This document shows positions 1 to 9,140 of a DNA stretch of 64,000 bases, in pieces. This DNA is from an uncultured delta proteobacterium (GTDB lineage Bacteria > Desulfobacterota > Binatia > UBA9968). The stretch covers positions 64,001 through 128,000 of the forward strand of contig CAVYTU010000007.1 of NCBI GenBank assembly GCA_963771465.1, given 5' to 3'. The notes under the pieces were generated by a model. That model saw nothing but the letters and a program-made list of their open reading frames with translations. It was not told the DNA's origin and searched no databases. The position numbers and the translations under genes are program-made. Within the stretch, counting starts at the first letter, position 1. Each line of letters starts with the position of its first letter.

Positions 1-219
1 GAGGCGATCCCAACGGCAGTGGCCGCGTACATCACCGGCGCTTACTGGTTTACCTCGTCAACCTCGTTCGCCAATCCTGCTGTTACATTAGCTCGCGCGC
101 TAACCGATACCTTCGCCGGCATTGCGCCCCAGAGCATAGTGCTCTTTGTTGCTGGACAGCTGATCGGCGCCACGTCTGCGACATTACTTTCTCGATGGCT
201 GCTGAGCGGAAATCAGTAA
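1..219 (+). CDS. MIP/aquaporin family channel, C-terminal part (5' end outside window)
   Basis: Frame is open from base 1 (EAIPTAVAAYITGAYWFTSSTSFANPAVTLAR). It has the second NPA motif in the WFTSSTSFANPAV context typical of arsenic-operon-associated aquaporins. Confidence 0.85.
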   Translation, partial: EAIPTAVAAYITGAYWFTSSTSFANPAVTLARALTDTFAGIAPQSIVLFVAGQLIGATSATLLSRWLLSGNQ

Positions 220-403
220 TACGTATCCGCGTCAAATTAGTATTGACGGCTGGATTGGACGCACCTATTCAAAGGTGAAAAAAGGTTCGGTAGGAAAGCG
301 AGCGTCCCGGAGAGAGAATGATAGCTTCTCCCAAACACCGGCGAGTGCGTTGCATTTTTATTTGCTTCTTTAGTCGGCTACTGTTCTGATTCGCCCACAC
401 GAC

Positions 404-1417
404 CTAAGCGTAGATCAACTCTGTCTCCGCGCTCACGTCAGGATAAAAGTCGACGAGTTGGCTTTGGCGAACGACCCCCATGATGCGCTCGACGTCGGCC
501 GCCGATAACTGTTGCGACCACTTGGTGGAAGCTTCCAACGGATCTTTGAATACGCTGTAATAGTGCTCGGATTGACGCGACGTGCTGCGTTGGACGAAGG
601 TTTCGACTTGATGGTGCCACGTGAGGCCGGTGAATTGGATCAACTCTTTCGCCTTGGCCACTGGATGAGCGCAAAGATCTTCGTAGCGCAGAACCGTACA
701 GCCCGCGATGCCTTCAATGCCGGCCAAGGCGATCTCATTATATAAAACCCAGCGCCAGGCCAGCCGTTCCACCGGATGCATCGCTTTGACGGCTTGATCG
801 CTGGGGTTTCTTTGTTTGTGCGGCGATTCTTCGAGGAGCATGCGCAGCACGGGAAAATCGTCGCTGCTTTTGGCAGTGGAGCTGAACTGCCCGCGCGCTT
901 CGCCGTTTAAAACCGAAGCGATATAGCCGCCGGGATGGCGCAGTATCAACACGGCCTTGGAGTCGGCAACTGCGCGGACGATCACGCCCAGCCGTCCAAG
1001 TGATTCTATCGACTTCCAAACCACATGGATGCCTCTGGCTTTCTCAAGGTCAGCAAATTCGGGGATCGGAATATCGGAAATAAAAGGCTCAGATACCTTG
1101 GTCGCCAGCACCGCAAAACGTCTGAGCAATAGGCCGGTGGAAGACAGGTAACTTTTAGGGAAGATCGGCAAAGTGCCGGCAGAGCGCGGGCTGTTGACGT
1201 TCGCGAGTCTGTCAACGAAGTGCGTGACGGTGGATCGATATTTGTGATAGTCCGCAACCGGCGCAATCAGCGGTAAACTCTTCAGCGCGCTACCGCTGTC
1301 GGGTTCGTGGCGATACAGCGTGTCCGGGTGGCTGTCGAAAATCTTACCGATCCAGGTGGTACCAGAACGGGGTTGTCCAAAGAGCAAGATGAGTGGTTGT
1401 TTCATAATGACAATCAT
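404..1417 (-). CDS. Sulfotransferase family protein
   Basis: PAPS-binding motif GQPRSGTTW, followed by HEP, LILRHP and RYEDL motifs. Confidence 0.85.
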   Translation of the reverse strand: MIVIMKQPLILLFGQPRSGTTWIGKIFDSHPDTLYRHEPDSGSALKSLPLIAPVADYHKYRSTVTHFVDRLANVNSPRSAGTLPIFPKSYLSSTGLLLRRFAVLATKVSEPFISDIPIPEFADLEKARGIHVVWKSIESLGRLGVIVRAVADSKAVLILRHPGGYIASVLNGEARGQFSSTAKSSDDFPVLRMLLEESPHKQRNPSDQAVKAMHPVERLAWRWVLYNEIALAGIEGIAGCTVLRYEDLCAHPVAKAKELIQFTGLTWHHQVETFVQRSTSRQSEHYYSVFKDPLEASTKWSQQLSAADVERIMGVVRQSQLVDFYPDVSAETELIYA

Positions 1418-1630
1418 TGATTGAGGATATTAAGGTTCAGTTAACGCAGGGTGAAAATCTTGTGATTTCAACGGCGCTTGCGTCACTGGCGGATCGATTG
1501 CAAGGATAATTCTGCTTTCTGGCCGTGGTCGATGTGGGCGTCGAAATTCCATCGATGGCACGGTAAAGCCTCGAATAATCCGCGCTGCCGCCTGGAATCT
1601 TTCGCGGTTTGCTTTAATATCCGGAGAAGT

Positions 1631-2890
1631 ATGACTCCTGGGAGTTGGAAAGTTATTGGCACCGACGCGGCATCAGCTAAATCGCGCCAGAAACTCAGCG
1701 TGATCGCGCTGCTCTATTTTATTCAAGGCGCGCCGGCCGCGATTTTGTGGGAGGTGTTGCCGGTTTATTTTCGCATCAACGGCGTGTCGTTGCGCGCCAT
1801 CGGCGGGCTGCGATTGCTCGAACTGCCATACTCGCTCAAAGTTTTCTGGTCGCCGTTGGTGCATCGCTTCGGTGACCGGCGCCATTGGATTGTGGTCTGC
1901 ATGTTCGGCATCGCTGCGGTTCTGTTTGTGCTGCCATTCGTCAACGTCGCCGCCGTCGGCGCAATCGTGCTCGTGTTGATTCTCGTCCTGACGACTCTAT
2001 CGGCGACCCAGGATATCGCCATCGATTCCTATTCGGTCGGTTTGGTGAACCGAGAAGAAGAGGGCGCAGCCAACGGCATGCGAGCTTCGGCGTATCGTGT
2101 GGCTTTGGTTTTGGTCGGCGGTGGTGCGGTGCTTCTTGCCGGTGTGCTGGCGTGGAATTCTCTATTTATTCTGGCCGGCATTATTTTCGCCGCCCTCGGT
2201 ATCGCTGCGCTGGCCATTCCGCGTTTAAGCGTGCCCGACGGAGCGCGCGAGCATTGGCTCGTCGGTTTTGCCGGCTGGGCCGGCACTTGGAAAGTGATTC
2301 CGCTGATTCTTTTTGTTTTGACCTACAAGCTTGGCGAGTTCGCCATCGGGCCGATGGTGAAACCGTTTTGGGTCGACTACGGCAAGTCGATTTGGCCGGC
2401 GCAAGAAGACCTAATGTTTCAGATCGGTCTTTTCCCGACGACGTTCGGCATCGTCCTCAGCGTCGCCGGCGCGCTGATGGGCGGGGCATTTATTTCGCGC
2501 TATGGAATCTTTCACGGCGTCTGGTTTTTAGGAGCGCTGCAAGCGGTTTCAAATTTGGGTTATTCGTTGGTCGAGTGGCTCGACCTCGGCCGCTTCGGTC
2601 TCTACGGCGCGTCCATGTTCGAGTCGCTCAGCGGCGGGCTCGGTACCGCGGCGTTTCTCGCGTTCCTGATGAACGTCTGCCAGAAAGAACACGCAACGGT
2701 GCAATACGCATTTTTGTCTTCGATCTTTTCGCTCACCGGACGATTGATTGGCGGCATTAGCGGGTTAGGAGCGGAAGCGTATGGGTTCGCGAATTACTTC
2801 GCGATTACGTTCGTGTTGTCGGTGCCGGCATATTTACTTTTGCCGTGGGTGAAGCAGTGGATTCACGACGAGGGAATACGCGAGCGTTAA
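1631..2890 (+). CDS. ampG: AmpG-like MFS muropeptide permease
   Basis: LYFIQGAP, LPYSLKVFWSPLV, RRHWI, SATQDIAIDSY and ATVQYAFLSS are AmpG signatures. Start moved from the ORF-track TTG at 1478 to the ATG at 1631. Confidence 0.8.
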   Translation: MTPGSWKVIGTDAASAKSRQKLSVIALLYFIQGAPAAILWEVLPVYFRINGVSLRAIGGLRLLELPYSLKVFWSPLVHRFGDRRHWIVVCMFGIAAVLFVLPFVNVAAVGAIVLVLILVLTTLSATQDIAIDSYSVGLVNREEEGAANGMRASAYRVALVLVGGGAVLLAGVLAWNSLFILAGIIFAALGIAALAIPRLSVPDGAREHWLVGFAGWAGTWKVIPLILFVLTYKLGEFAIGPMVKPFWVDYGKSIWPAQEDLMFQIGLFPTTFGIVLSVAGALMGGAFISRYGIFHGVWFLGALQAVSNLGYSLVEWLDLGRFGLYGASMFESLSGGLGTAAFLAFLMNVCQKEHATVQYAFLSSIFSLTGRLIGGISGLGAEAYGFANYFAITFVLSVPAYLLLPWVKQWIHDEGIRER

Positions 2891-2901
2891 GTCGGTGAGC
2901 T

Positions 2902-2941
2902 TTGTCATCATCCGTTTATCTGCCGTTAATCTATTATTTAC
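2902..2941 (+). promoter_or_regulatory. Candidate Pho-box-like 11-bp periodic direct repeats upstream of the phytase-like gene
   Basis: TTGTCAT-catc-CGTTTAT-ctgc-CGTTAAT-ctat-TATTTAC, 11-bp period, resembles the PhoB consensus CTGTCAT-N4. Confidence 0.45.
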
Positions 2942-2960
2942 AAAATACACATAGGTTCTG

Positions 2961-4323
2961 ATGAATTTTATTTTGGAGGTGTTCATGCCTGTGAAGCCAA
3001 CTTGCAAATCCGCGCTTGGAGTCGTGCTACTTTCCCTATGCGCCTACGGTGCGATTTTTTTTCAATCCACGGAGCTGTACGCTCAAGGCGAAATCAAAGC
3101 GACCTACCGTTTTCCTGAGCTGGCCATCAAGCAATTTCAGAACGCGAAGTTTCCCGGCAGCGTGATGAATGATCGCAAGGTGCAACTTGGTTCGGTCGGC
3201 AGCGATCTTTGGCGCAGGATAAGCGACGCGGGCGGCGAGTTTTGGACGGTGACGGATCGCGGACCCAATGGTCAAGTTCGCGTCGACGGGCGAAACCGCC
3301 GCACCTTCTGGGTGCCGGAGTTCAATCCCGTGATTCTCCGGGTCAAAACTGAGGGCGATTCAATTCAAGTGCTGCGAGACTATTCCGATCGTCGGCCGTT
3401 CTGGCAAGCCCGTTACCGGTATGCCCAATCTCAAGGGAGTCGATGAAACTCCCTACGATTATACGGCGCGTAAAGAATTGGAATTTAACGTTAATGGTCT
3501 CGATACCGAAGGATTGGTGCGGACCAAAAACGGCGAGTTTTGGCTCTGCGACGAATATAGCCCTTCGCTACTGCGGGTGGATCGGAGCGGTAAGGTGGTC
3601 AAACGGTTTGTCCCTGCGGGACTCGATCTGCCGGGCGCGGATTATCCAGTGGAGGCGAGCCTGCCGGCGGTGCTCGGTAAAAGAAAGATCAATCGCGGCT
3701 TCGAGGGCTTGGCGATGAGCTCGGACGAGAAATCACTTTATTTGATTTTGCAAAGCCCGCTGGGGATTCCCGACCGAAAGGCGGGCGAGGAGTCGCGCAA
3801 TACGCGCGTGTTCGTCTTCGACCGGGAAACGGAGCGAGTGACGGCCGAATATGTTTACCGCTTTGAAGAGGCGACGGAGTTCGATCCCCGGCCGAGAATG
3901 AACCGCGACGAAATGAAACTTTCCGCGGCGGTTTATCTAAATCCGACGACGTTACTGATCTTAGAGCGCACCGACTGGGTGGCCAAACTTTACACCGTCG
4001 ATCTCAGCGGCGCGACCAACATACTCAAGAGCAAGTGGGACGATCCGGCCACCACGCCCAGCCTCGAAGCGCTGGCAGATCCGGCGAGCGCTGATATCCG
4101 CGTGCTGCCCAAGGCCCTCGTCCTCGACCTCAGCCGATTCAAAGACATTCCGGAAAAGATCGAAGGCGTCGCCGTGATCAATCGCAACACAATTGCGATC
4201 TCGAACGACAACGACTTTGACACTGTGGAAAGCAAGTATGACGAGCAGGGCAATAACGTCGGCAATGGCAAGATGAGTCACATTTTTATCATCGCTCTCG
4301 ATAAGCCCTTGCCGTTGCAGTGA
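2961..4323 (+). pseudogene. Exported 'esterase-like activity of phytase' family protein, split by a single-base frameshift near 3375 (real lesion or sequencing error)
   Basis: ORF 2961-3446 has a signal peptide and the TDRGPN motif. ORF 3421-4323 has GLDTEGL, DEYSP, NRGFEGLA, KIEGVA and NDNDF. Removing one base in GTGCTGCGAGACT joins them (VL-ETIPIVGRSGKPVTGMPNL). Confidence 0.8.
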
Positions 4324-4473
4324 TTTTTGCGCATTGACCGACCGAAAGGTGGAGGTTGTTGCCCGCGCTTATGCGAATTCGTTAGTTCGAGCATAGGGCG
4401 CGCGCACTTCGCCATGCACTGGGAATTGACAGACTCGTTTCGGAAGTGATTCCCTCCATTTAAATATTCAGCG

Positions 4474-4502
4474 ATTTAACATAAATTTAATCGATCTGTA
4501 AT
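4474..4502 (+). promoter_or_regulatory. Candidate Pho-box-like repeats upstream of ppk1
   Basis: ATTTAAC-ataa-ATTTAAT-cgat-CTGTAAT, 11-bp period, about 100 bp before the ppk1 start. Confidence 0.5.
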
Positions 4503-4601
4503 GATTCGCGATCGGTTTGGCGCGAAGAAAAAGTTAGGATCACTGGGTTTTCACTGCGCCTGGTGTCGCGCCGGAGCGAATAATTGTCGAGGTACCCCAC
4601 G

Positions 4602-6692
4602 ATGGAGCCCAATCTTTACATCAATCGCGAACTGTCATGGTTGGAATTCAACCGGCGCGTGCTGCAAGAAGCCAAGGACGAGAGCGTGCCGCTGCTCGAA
4701 CGGGTTAAATTCCTCGCCATCTTTAGCTCCAACCTGGATGAATTCTTCATGGTGCGCGTGGCGCGGCTTAAACGCATGGTTTTTGAAGCCGATCAATCGG
4801 TCGATCCCGATGGCCTCACGCCGGCAACCACGTTGACGTCGATCTCGGCGCGCATGCACGAGCTGGCTGATGAACAGCATTCCTGTTTTCTCAACACCAT
4901 CATGCCCCAACTGAGCGCCGAAGGAATTCATCTCGTTCGTCCCGAAGAGATGAATGGCGAGCAGGAGAGATTTCTCGAAGATGTGTTTCACCGAACGCTC
5001 TATCCGATCGTTACGCCGCTCGCCATCGACCCTGGCCATCCGTTTCCCTATTTAGCCAACCGCTCGCTCTGCTTAGTCGTTTCGTTGCGGCCGACGGTGG
5101 TTTCGCGCCTGCCGCACACCGATCTTTCCATCCTGCATATTCCGACCCAGGTCGCGCCGCGCTTTATCTCGCTTCCCGGCCGCGAAGGGCAGCATGCCTT
5201 CATGCTGCTCGAAGATGTGCTGCGGCACTACTTGCCACGGCTTTATCACGGCTTCGAAATCGTTTCCTGCCAGGCGATCCGCGTCACCCGGGACGCTGAT
5301 TTTTTAATTTCACGGCGGCGCGATGAGAGTCTCATGATGACGATTGAAAAGGGCGTGCGCGACCGCCGCATGGGCGATGCCGTGCGGTTGCAGTACGATC
5401 CGGATTTGCCGCGTGAAATCGTCGCTAAACTGGTGGACGAGCTTGAGCTGACCAGCGAGGATCTTTATTCCGGCAGAGGCTTCACCGCTTTCACCGATTT
5501 GTTCCAACTGTATGCCGCCGTGAACATGCCCAAGTTGAAAGACCGGCCGCAGACGGCTGTGCCAGTGCCGGGGTTCGAGCGGGCGGCGGATATGTGGAGC
5601 GCGATTCGCGGCGGCGATGTGTTGACGTTTCACCCCTATCAGAGCTTTGACGCGGTGACCCGCTTTGTCGACGAAGCGGCGTTGGATCCGAAAGTGCTGG
5701 CGATCAAGATGACGCTATATCGCGTGAGCCCGACCTCACCCATCGCGCAGTCGCTGCGCCGCGCCGCTGAAGCGGGGAAAGAAGTCTCGGTGCTGGTCGA
5801 ACTGCAAGCGCGCTTCGACGAGGAAGCAAACATCACGTGGGCGCGCGCCTTGGAAGAAGTCGGCGCTCATGTCGTTTACGGCATGGTCGGTTACAAGACC
5901 CACTGCAAGGTGTGTTTGGTGGTGCGCCAGGAGGCCGACGGCATCCGACGCTACTGTCACTTGGCGACGGGAAATTACAACGTGCGCACCGCCGGCATCT
6001 ACAGCGACTTGGGCCTGTTCACGTGCCGCGAATCATTCGCGCAGGATCTGACCGAGCTGTTCAATCTGCTGACCGGCTACACGCGACCGCAGAAGTTCAA
6101 CCATTTAATATTGGCTCCGATCGGCTTGCGCGAACATTTCATAACCCATATCCGCAAAGAAGCGGACGTCGCCCGCGGCGGCCGTCCGGCGCGCATCATC
6201 GCCAAGATCAACAGCTTGATCGATCCGGCCATCATCGAAGAACTTTACCTCGCCAGCCAGGCCGGAGTGCAGATCGATTTAATCGTGCGCGGCATGTGCA
6301 GCTTACGGCCCGGCGTCGCCGGCGTTTCCGAGCGCATTCGAGTGCTCTCCATCATCGACCGCTATCTCGAGCACGCCCGGGTTTTTTATTTTCTCAACGG
6401 CGGCGAGGCGACCTATTGGCTGGCGTCCGCCGATTGGATGGAGCGCAATTTCGATAATCGTATCGAAATCGCTTTTCCCATCCTCGATCCGCAACATCAA
6501 GCGAGGCTGAAAGAGATCTTGGAAATTCAGCTCTGTGACACGGTAAAAGGCTGGCAGATGCAAAGCGACGGCAGTTTCCACCGTGCCCCCAGCGGAGCGA
6601 GCGGAGAATGCCGCTCTCAGGAACGCTTGTACGAATTGATCAGGAGCAGCGCTACGGGTTTGAGCCTAAGTCTAAACAATCTCTCGAATTAG
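4602..6692 (+). CDS. ppk1: Polyphosphate kinase 1
   Basis: YINRELSWLEFNRRVL, SNLDEFFMVRV, HPFP, KMTLYR, ARFDEEANI, KTHCK, TGNYN and RYLEHAR motifs. Start set at ATG 4602. Confidence 0.97.
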   Translation: MEPNLYINRELSWLEFNRRVLQEAKDESVPLLERVKFLAIFSSNLDEFFMVRVARLKRMVFEADQSVDPDGLTPATTLTSISARMHELADEQHSCFLNTIMPQLSAEGIHLVRPEEMNGEQERFLEDVFHRTLYPIVTPLAIDPGHPFPYLANRSLCLVVSLRPTVVSRLPHTDLSILHIPTQVAPRFISLPGREGQHAFMLLEDVLRHYLPRLYHGFEIVSCQAIRVTRDADFLISRRRDESLMMTIEKGVRDRRMGDAVRLQYDPDLPREIVAKLVDELELTSEDLYSGRGFTAFTDLFQLYAAVNMPKLKDRPQTAVPVPGFERAADMWSAIRGGDVLTFHPYQSFDAVTRFVDEAALDPKVLAIKMTLYRVSPTSPIAQSLRRAAEAGKEVSVLVELQARFDEEANITWARALEEVGAHVVYGMVGYKTHCKVCLVVRQEADGIRRYCHLATGNYNVRTAGIYSDLGLFTCRESFAQDLTELFNLLTGYTRPQKFNHLILAPIGLREHFITHIRKEADVARGGRPARIIAKINSLIDPAIIEELYLASQAGVQIDLIVRGMCSLRPGVAGVSERIRVLSIIDRYLEHARVFYFLNGGEATYWLASADWMERNFDNRIEIAFPILDPQHQARLKEILEIQLCDTVKGWQMQSDGSFHRAPSGASGECRSQERLYELIRSSATGLSLSLNNLSN

Positions 6693-7622
6693 TTTCCGCC
6701 AGGAGTCTAATTCTCGTTTTGGTTTAACTAGATAGGCCAACTCCCGACAGTATCGCTTGAGCGCTCGATAAAACCCCCTATTACCTTCCAACTTGAGCAG
6801 TATACGACGCAGCTTGGCGGTGTCGCCGCATGGATAGTAACCGGGGAATTTGGCGCCCAGCGTGCCGACCAGGCCGGGAATTTTTGACGCCACCACGGGA
6901 ACACCGCTCGCTAACGCCTCCGACAAGACGTTTGAGCTGCCTTCCATCTTCGATGTGATGCAGACGAGATCGCTGGCCGCCATCTTTGCTCGCGTGCGTC
7001 GGTGCGAAAGTTGGCCGATCCAACGGTAACGCGGGTTGCGAGCGGCCTCAGCCTTTGCCTCAGCGCCCAGTCGCGAATCCAATGCTTGACCAACGTGGGT
7101 GACTTGAATGCGCGACTCGGCGGGCAAGTTGCGCACGGCGACGCGCGTGCGCAGCGGATCTTTTTCTTCGCGCAGATGGCCGACGACACAGACGTTAAAG
7201 CTCACGCTTCGTTTCGGAGTGCTGGCTCGGACCGCCTCAGCCGACTGATAGATCACTTGAGTTTTGGCCTGCAATCGCCTGGGTAATTCTCGCAAGGCCA
7301 TCTTTTGCAGCGCCACAAGCCGGGTGGCCAGCTCAAGGGATCGTTTAGCTTTGGGATCGACGTGAATGTCGCGATAGACATCGGTGCCGGTCAGCACGAC
7401 GATGAGCGGCAGGATGGGATGACGGTCATGAAAACGCCGAATCGAATCGTAGCTGCGCCGAGCGTGGAGCGCGATGAGCAGATCGCAGGCCTTACCGTCG
7501 TAGCGTTGCGTCACGCGCACTCGGTGGCCGAGTTTTTTTAGGATTCCGGCCCAGCGCACGGCGGTGATCTTGTTGCCGTTGTTGATTTTCAGCGGCGCCG
7601 GCGTGACCAGTTGAATTTTCAC
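6672..7622 (-). CDS. senB: Selenosugar synthase SenB-like GT-B glycosyltransferase (TIGR04348-type)
   Basis: N-terminal VTPA..NNGN.ITA.RW, ALHARRS, LTGTDVYRD, VGHLREEKDP and SKMEG..NV.SEA motifs. Lies directly downstream of a SenA/EgtB homologue. Confidence 0.85.
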   Translation of the reverse strand: MKIQLVTPAPLKINNGNKITAVRWAGILKKLGHRVRVTQRYDGKACDLLIALHARRSYDSIRRFHDRHPILPLIVVLTGTDVYRDIHVDPKAKRSLELATRLVALQKMALRELPRRLQAKTQVIYQSAEAVRASTPKRSVSFNVCVVGHLREEKDPLRTRVAVRNLPAESRIQVTHVGQALDSRLGAEAKAEAARNPRYRWIGQLSHRRTRAKMAASDLVCITSKMEGSSNVLSEALASGVPVVASKIPGLVGTLGAKFPGYYPCGDTAKLRRILLKLEGNRGFYRALKRYCRELAYLVKPKRELDSWRKLIREIV

Positions 7623-7631
7623 GATGGCAGT

Positions 7632-9059
7632 TTATTGGGCGCAGGTGCGAAAGCCGGCCCAAACGTCGCGCCGGTCAGGCGTGTAGAAGTTGCGCCAGCT
7701 GTTGCGGATCAGCAGCGACGAAGTGGCCCAACAACCGCCGCGCAGAACTTTATGGGTGCCGAACCAGGGCTGTGAGTATTCCTTGTAAGGATCGACGCTA
7801 AAGCCTGGATAGGACACGAAATTGTCGGCGGTCCATTCCCAAACGTTGCCGATCATCTGGCGGCAGCCGAAGGCGCTGTCACCGGCGCCATGCGCGCCGA
7901 CCTCGACGATTCCGCCGTCGCTCCAATCGAGATTGGCATGTTGCTGGGCGGGAGAATTATCACCCCATGGATAATAGCGACGCCGCTTAGCAAGCCCGGC
8001 TCCGTTGGTTGCTGGTTCGCCGGACGCCGCCACTTCCCATTCCGCTTCAGAGGGCAATCGCCGGCCAGCCCACCGGCAAAACGCTTCGGCTTCGTACCAA
8101 CTGACATGCGCCACCGGCAGGTCTTCGTTGAGCAAGACATACTTGTCGTACACGCGTTGCTGCCAGCGCCCGTTGTCGAGCGGTTGCCAGTAGACCGGAT
8201 GGTCGAGTGTCTCTTTGAACGCGGTCAATTCCACCGGCTCGTTCAGGGTCTTATTAAAAAACTTGGCAAAGGACTTTTCCAATTGTGGCGCGCCGCCGGA
8301 TTCGAGCCATTGCCAGCCCTCGGCGCTCCAATATTTTCTCTCGCTGTAGCCGCCTTCTTCGACGAATTCTAAAAACTCGCCGTTGGTCACCGGCGCGCGG
8401 GCGATGCGAAACGGTTTGAGCTCGACCTCGTGGGCCCATTTCTCGTTGTCGAACACAAACGGAAGGTTCTTGTTGGCGCCGATCGTGAACTTGCCGCCGG
8501 GAATTTCCACGTCGCCAGGACAGGCGCGTTGATCGACATCGGCGAAAGCAGTTGGTTGGAGGAACGGCGGTGGTTGATATCCAAGCGTCTGGCGCGTGTA
8601 GGCGAGGGCTTCGGCGTGCATGCCTTCGTGAAACGTGGTTAGCCAATAAAAATAAAACTCGTCGGGCGATAGCTCAGACTTGCTGTCGATAGCTGCGATA
8701 CAACGCTCAAGCACTTCGTTCATGTAAGCCAGCGTATCGGTGCGGCTCGGCAGCAACAGTTCCCAGCGCGTGTCATGGGCGACATCGGTGGAGTTATAAA
8801 GCCGGTCGCCATGCTCCAGGATCGGCCGATCTTTACGTAAGTGACGCAGCGTCCAAAATTCCTGAGTCCACGCGACGTGGCCAATTTCCCATAACGGTGG
8901 ATTGACGATGGCGATACGCGGTCCGATCATCTGGCTATCGTCAAGGTCGACGACCAGGCTGAGCAAGCGGTCACGGAACTCGCGCATGGTGGCGATCAAT
9001 TGGTGCACGCTCATCGCGGCGATAGGACTGGCGGTCGCGCTGGAAATCATCGTTGGCAT
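7632..9059 (-). CDS. senA: Selenoneine synthase SenA (EgtB-family non-heme iron enzyme: DinB-like + FGE domains)
   Basis: NPPLWEIGH and FHEGMHAE supply the 3-His iron site. Also VAHDTRW, FVFDNEKWAH, RLPSEAEWE, GNVWEWT, PYKEYSQPWF and RNFY..DRRD. Adjacency to senB favours SenA over plain EgtB. Confidence 0.85.
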   Translation of the reverse strand: MPTMISSATASPIAAMSVHQLIATMREFRDRLLSLVVDLDDSQMIGPRIAIVNPPLWEIGHVAWTQEFWTLRHLRKDRPILEHGDRLYNSTDVAHDTRWELLLPSRTDTLAYMNEVLERCIAAIDSKSELSPDEFYFYWLTTFHEGMHAEALAYTRQTLGYQPPPFLQPTAFADVDQRACPGDVEIPGGKFTIGANKNLPFVFDNEKWAHEVELKPFRIARAPVTNGEFLEFVEEGGYSERKYWSAEGWQWLESGGAPQLEKSFAKFFNKTLNEPVELTAFKETLDHPVYWQPLDNGRWQQRVYDKYVLLNEDLPVAHVSWYEAEAFCRWAGRRLPSEAEWEVAASGEPATNGAGLAKRRRYYPWGDNSPAQQHANLDWSDGGIVEVGAHGAGDSAFGCRQMIGNVWEWTADNFVSYPGFSVDPYKEYSQPWFGTHKVLRGGCWATSSLLIRNSWRNFYTPDRRDVWAGFRTCAQ

Positions 9060-9140
9060 TTCGGCATTTGTCGCGAAATTCTTGACCGATTCAATTGGCC
9101 GAGAATTTATTCTACTTGATTTGATGGATATCGCTACCCG

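Noticed and set aside
1478-1630. 51-aa N-terminal extension of the AmpG ORF
   Set aside because: TTG start with no RBS and a non-family sequence; ATG 1631 fits the expected permease length.
1885-2760. 291-aa Arg-rich ORF overlapping ampG, and similar long shadow ORFs (12285-13157, 44100-44912, 46649-47389, 55343-56005)
   Set aside because: Alternative-frame or antisense ORFs expected in high-GC coding DNA; no recognisable motifs.
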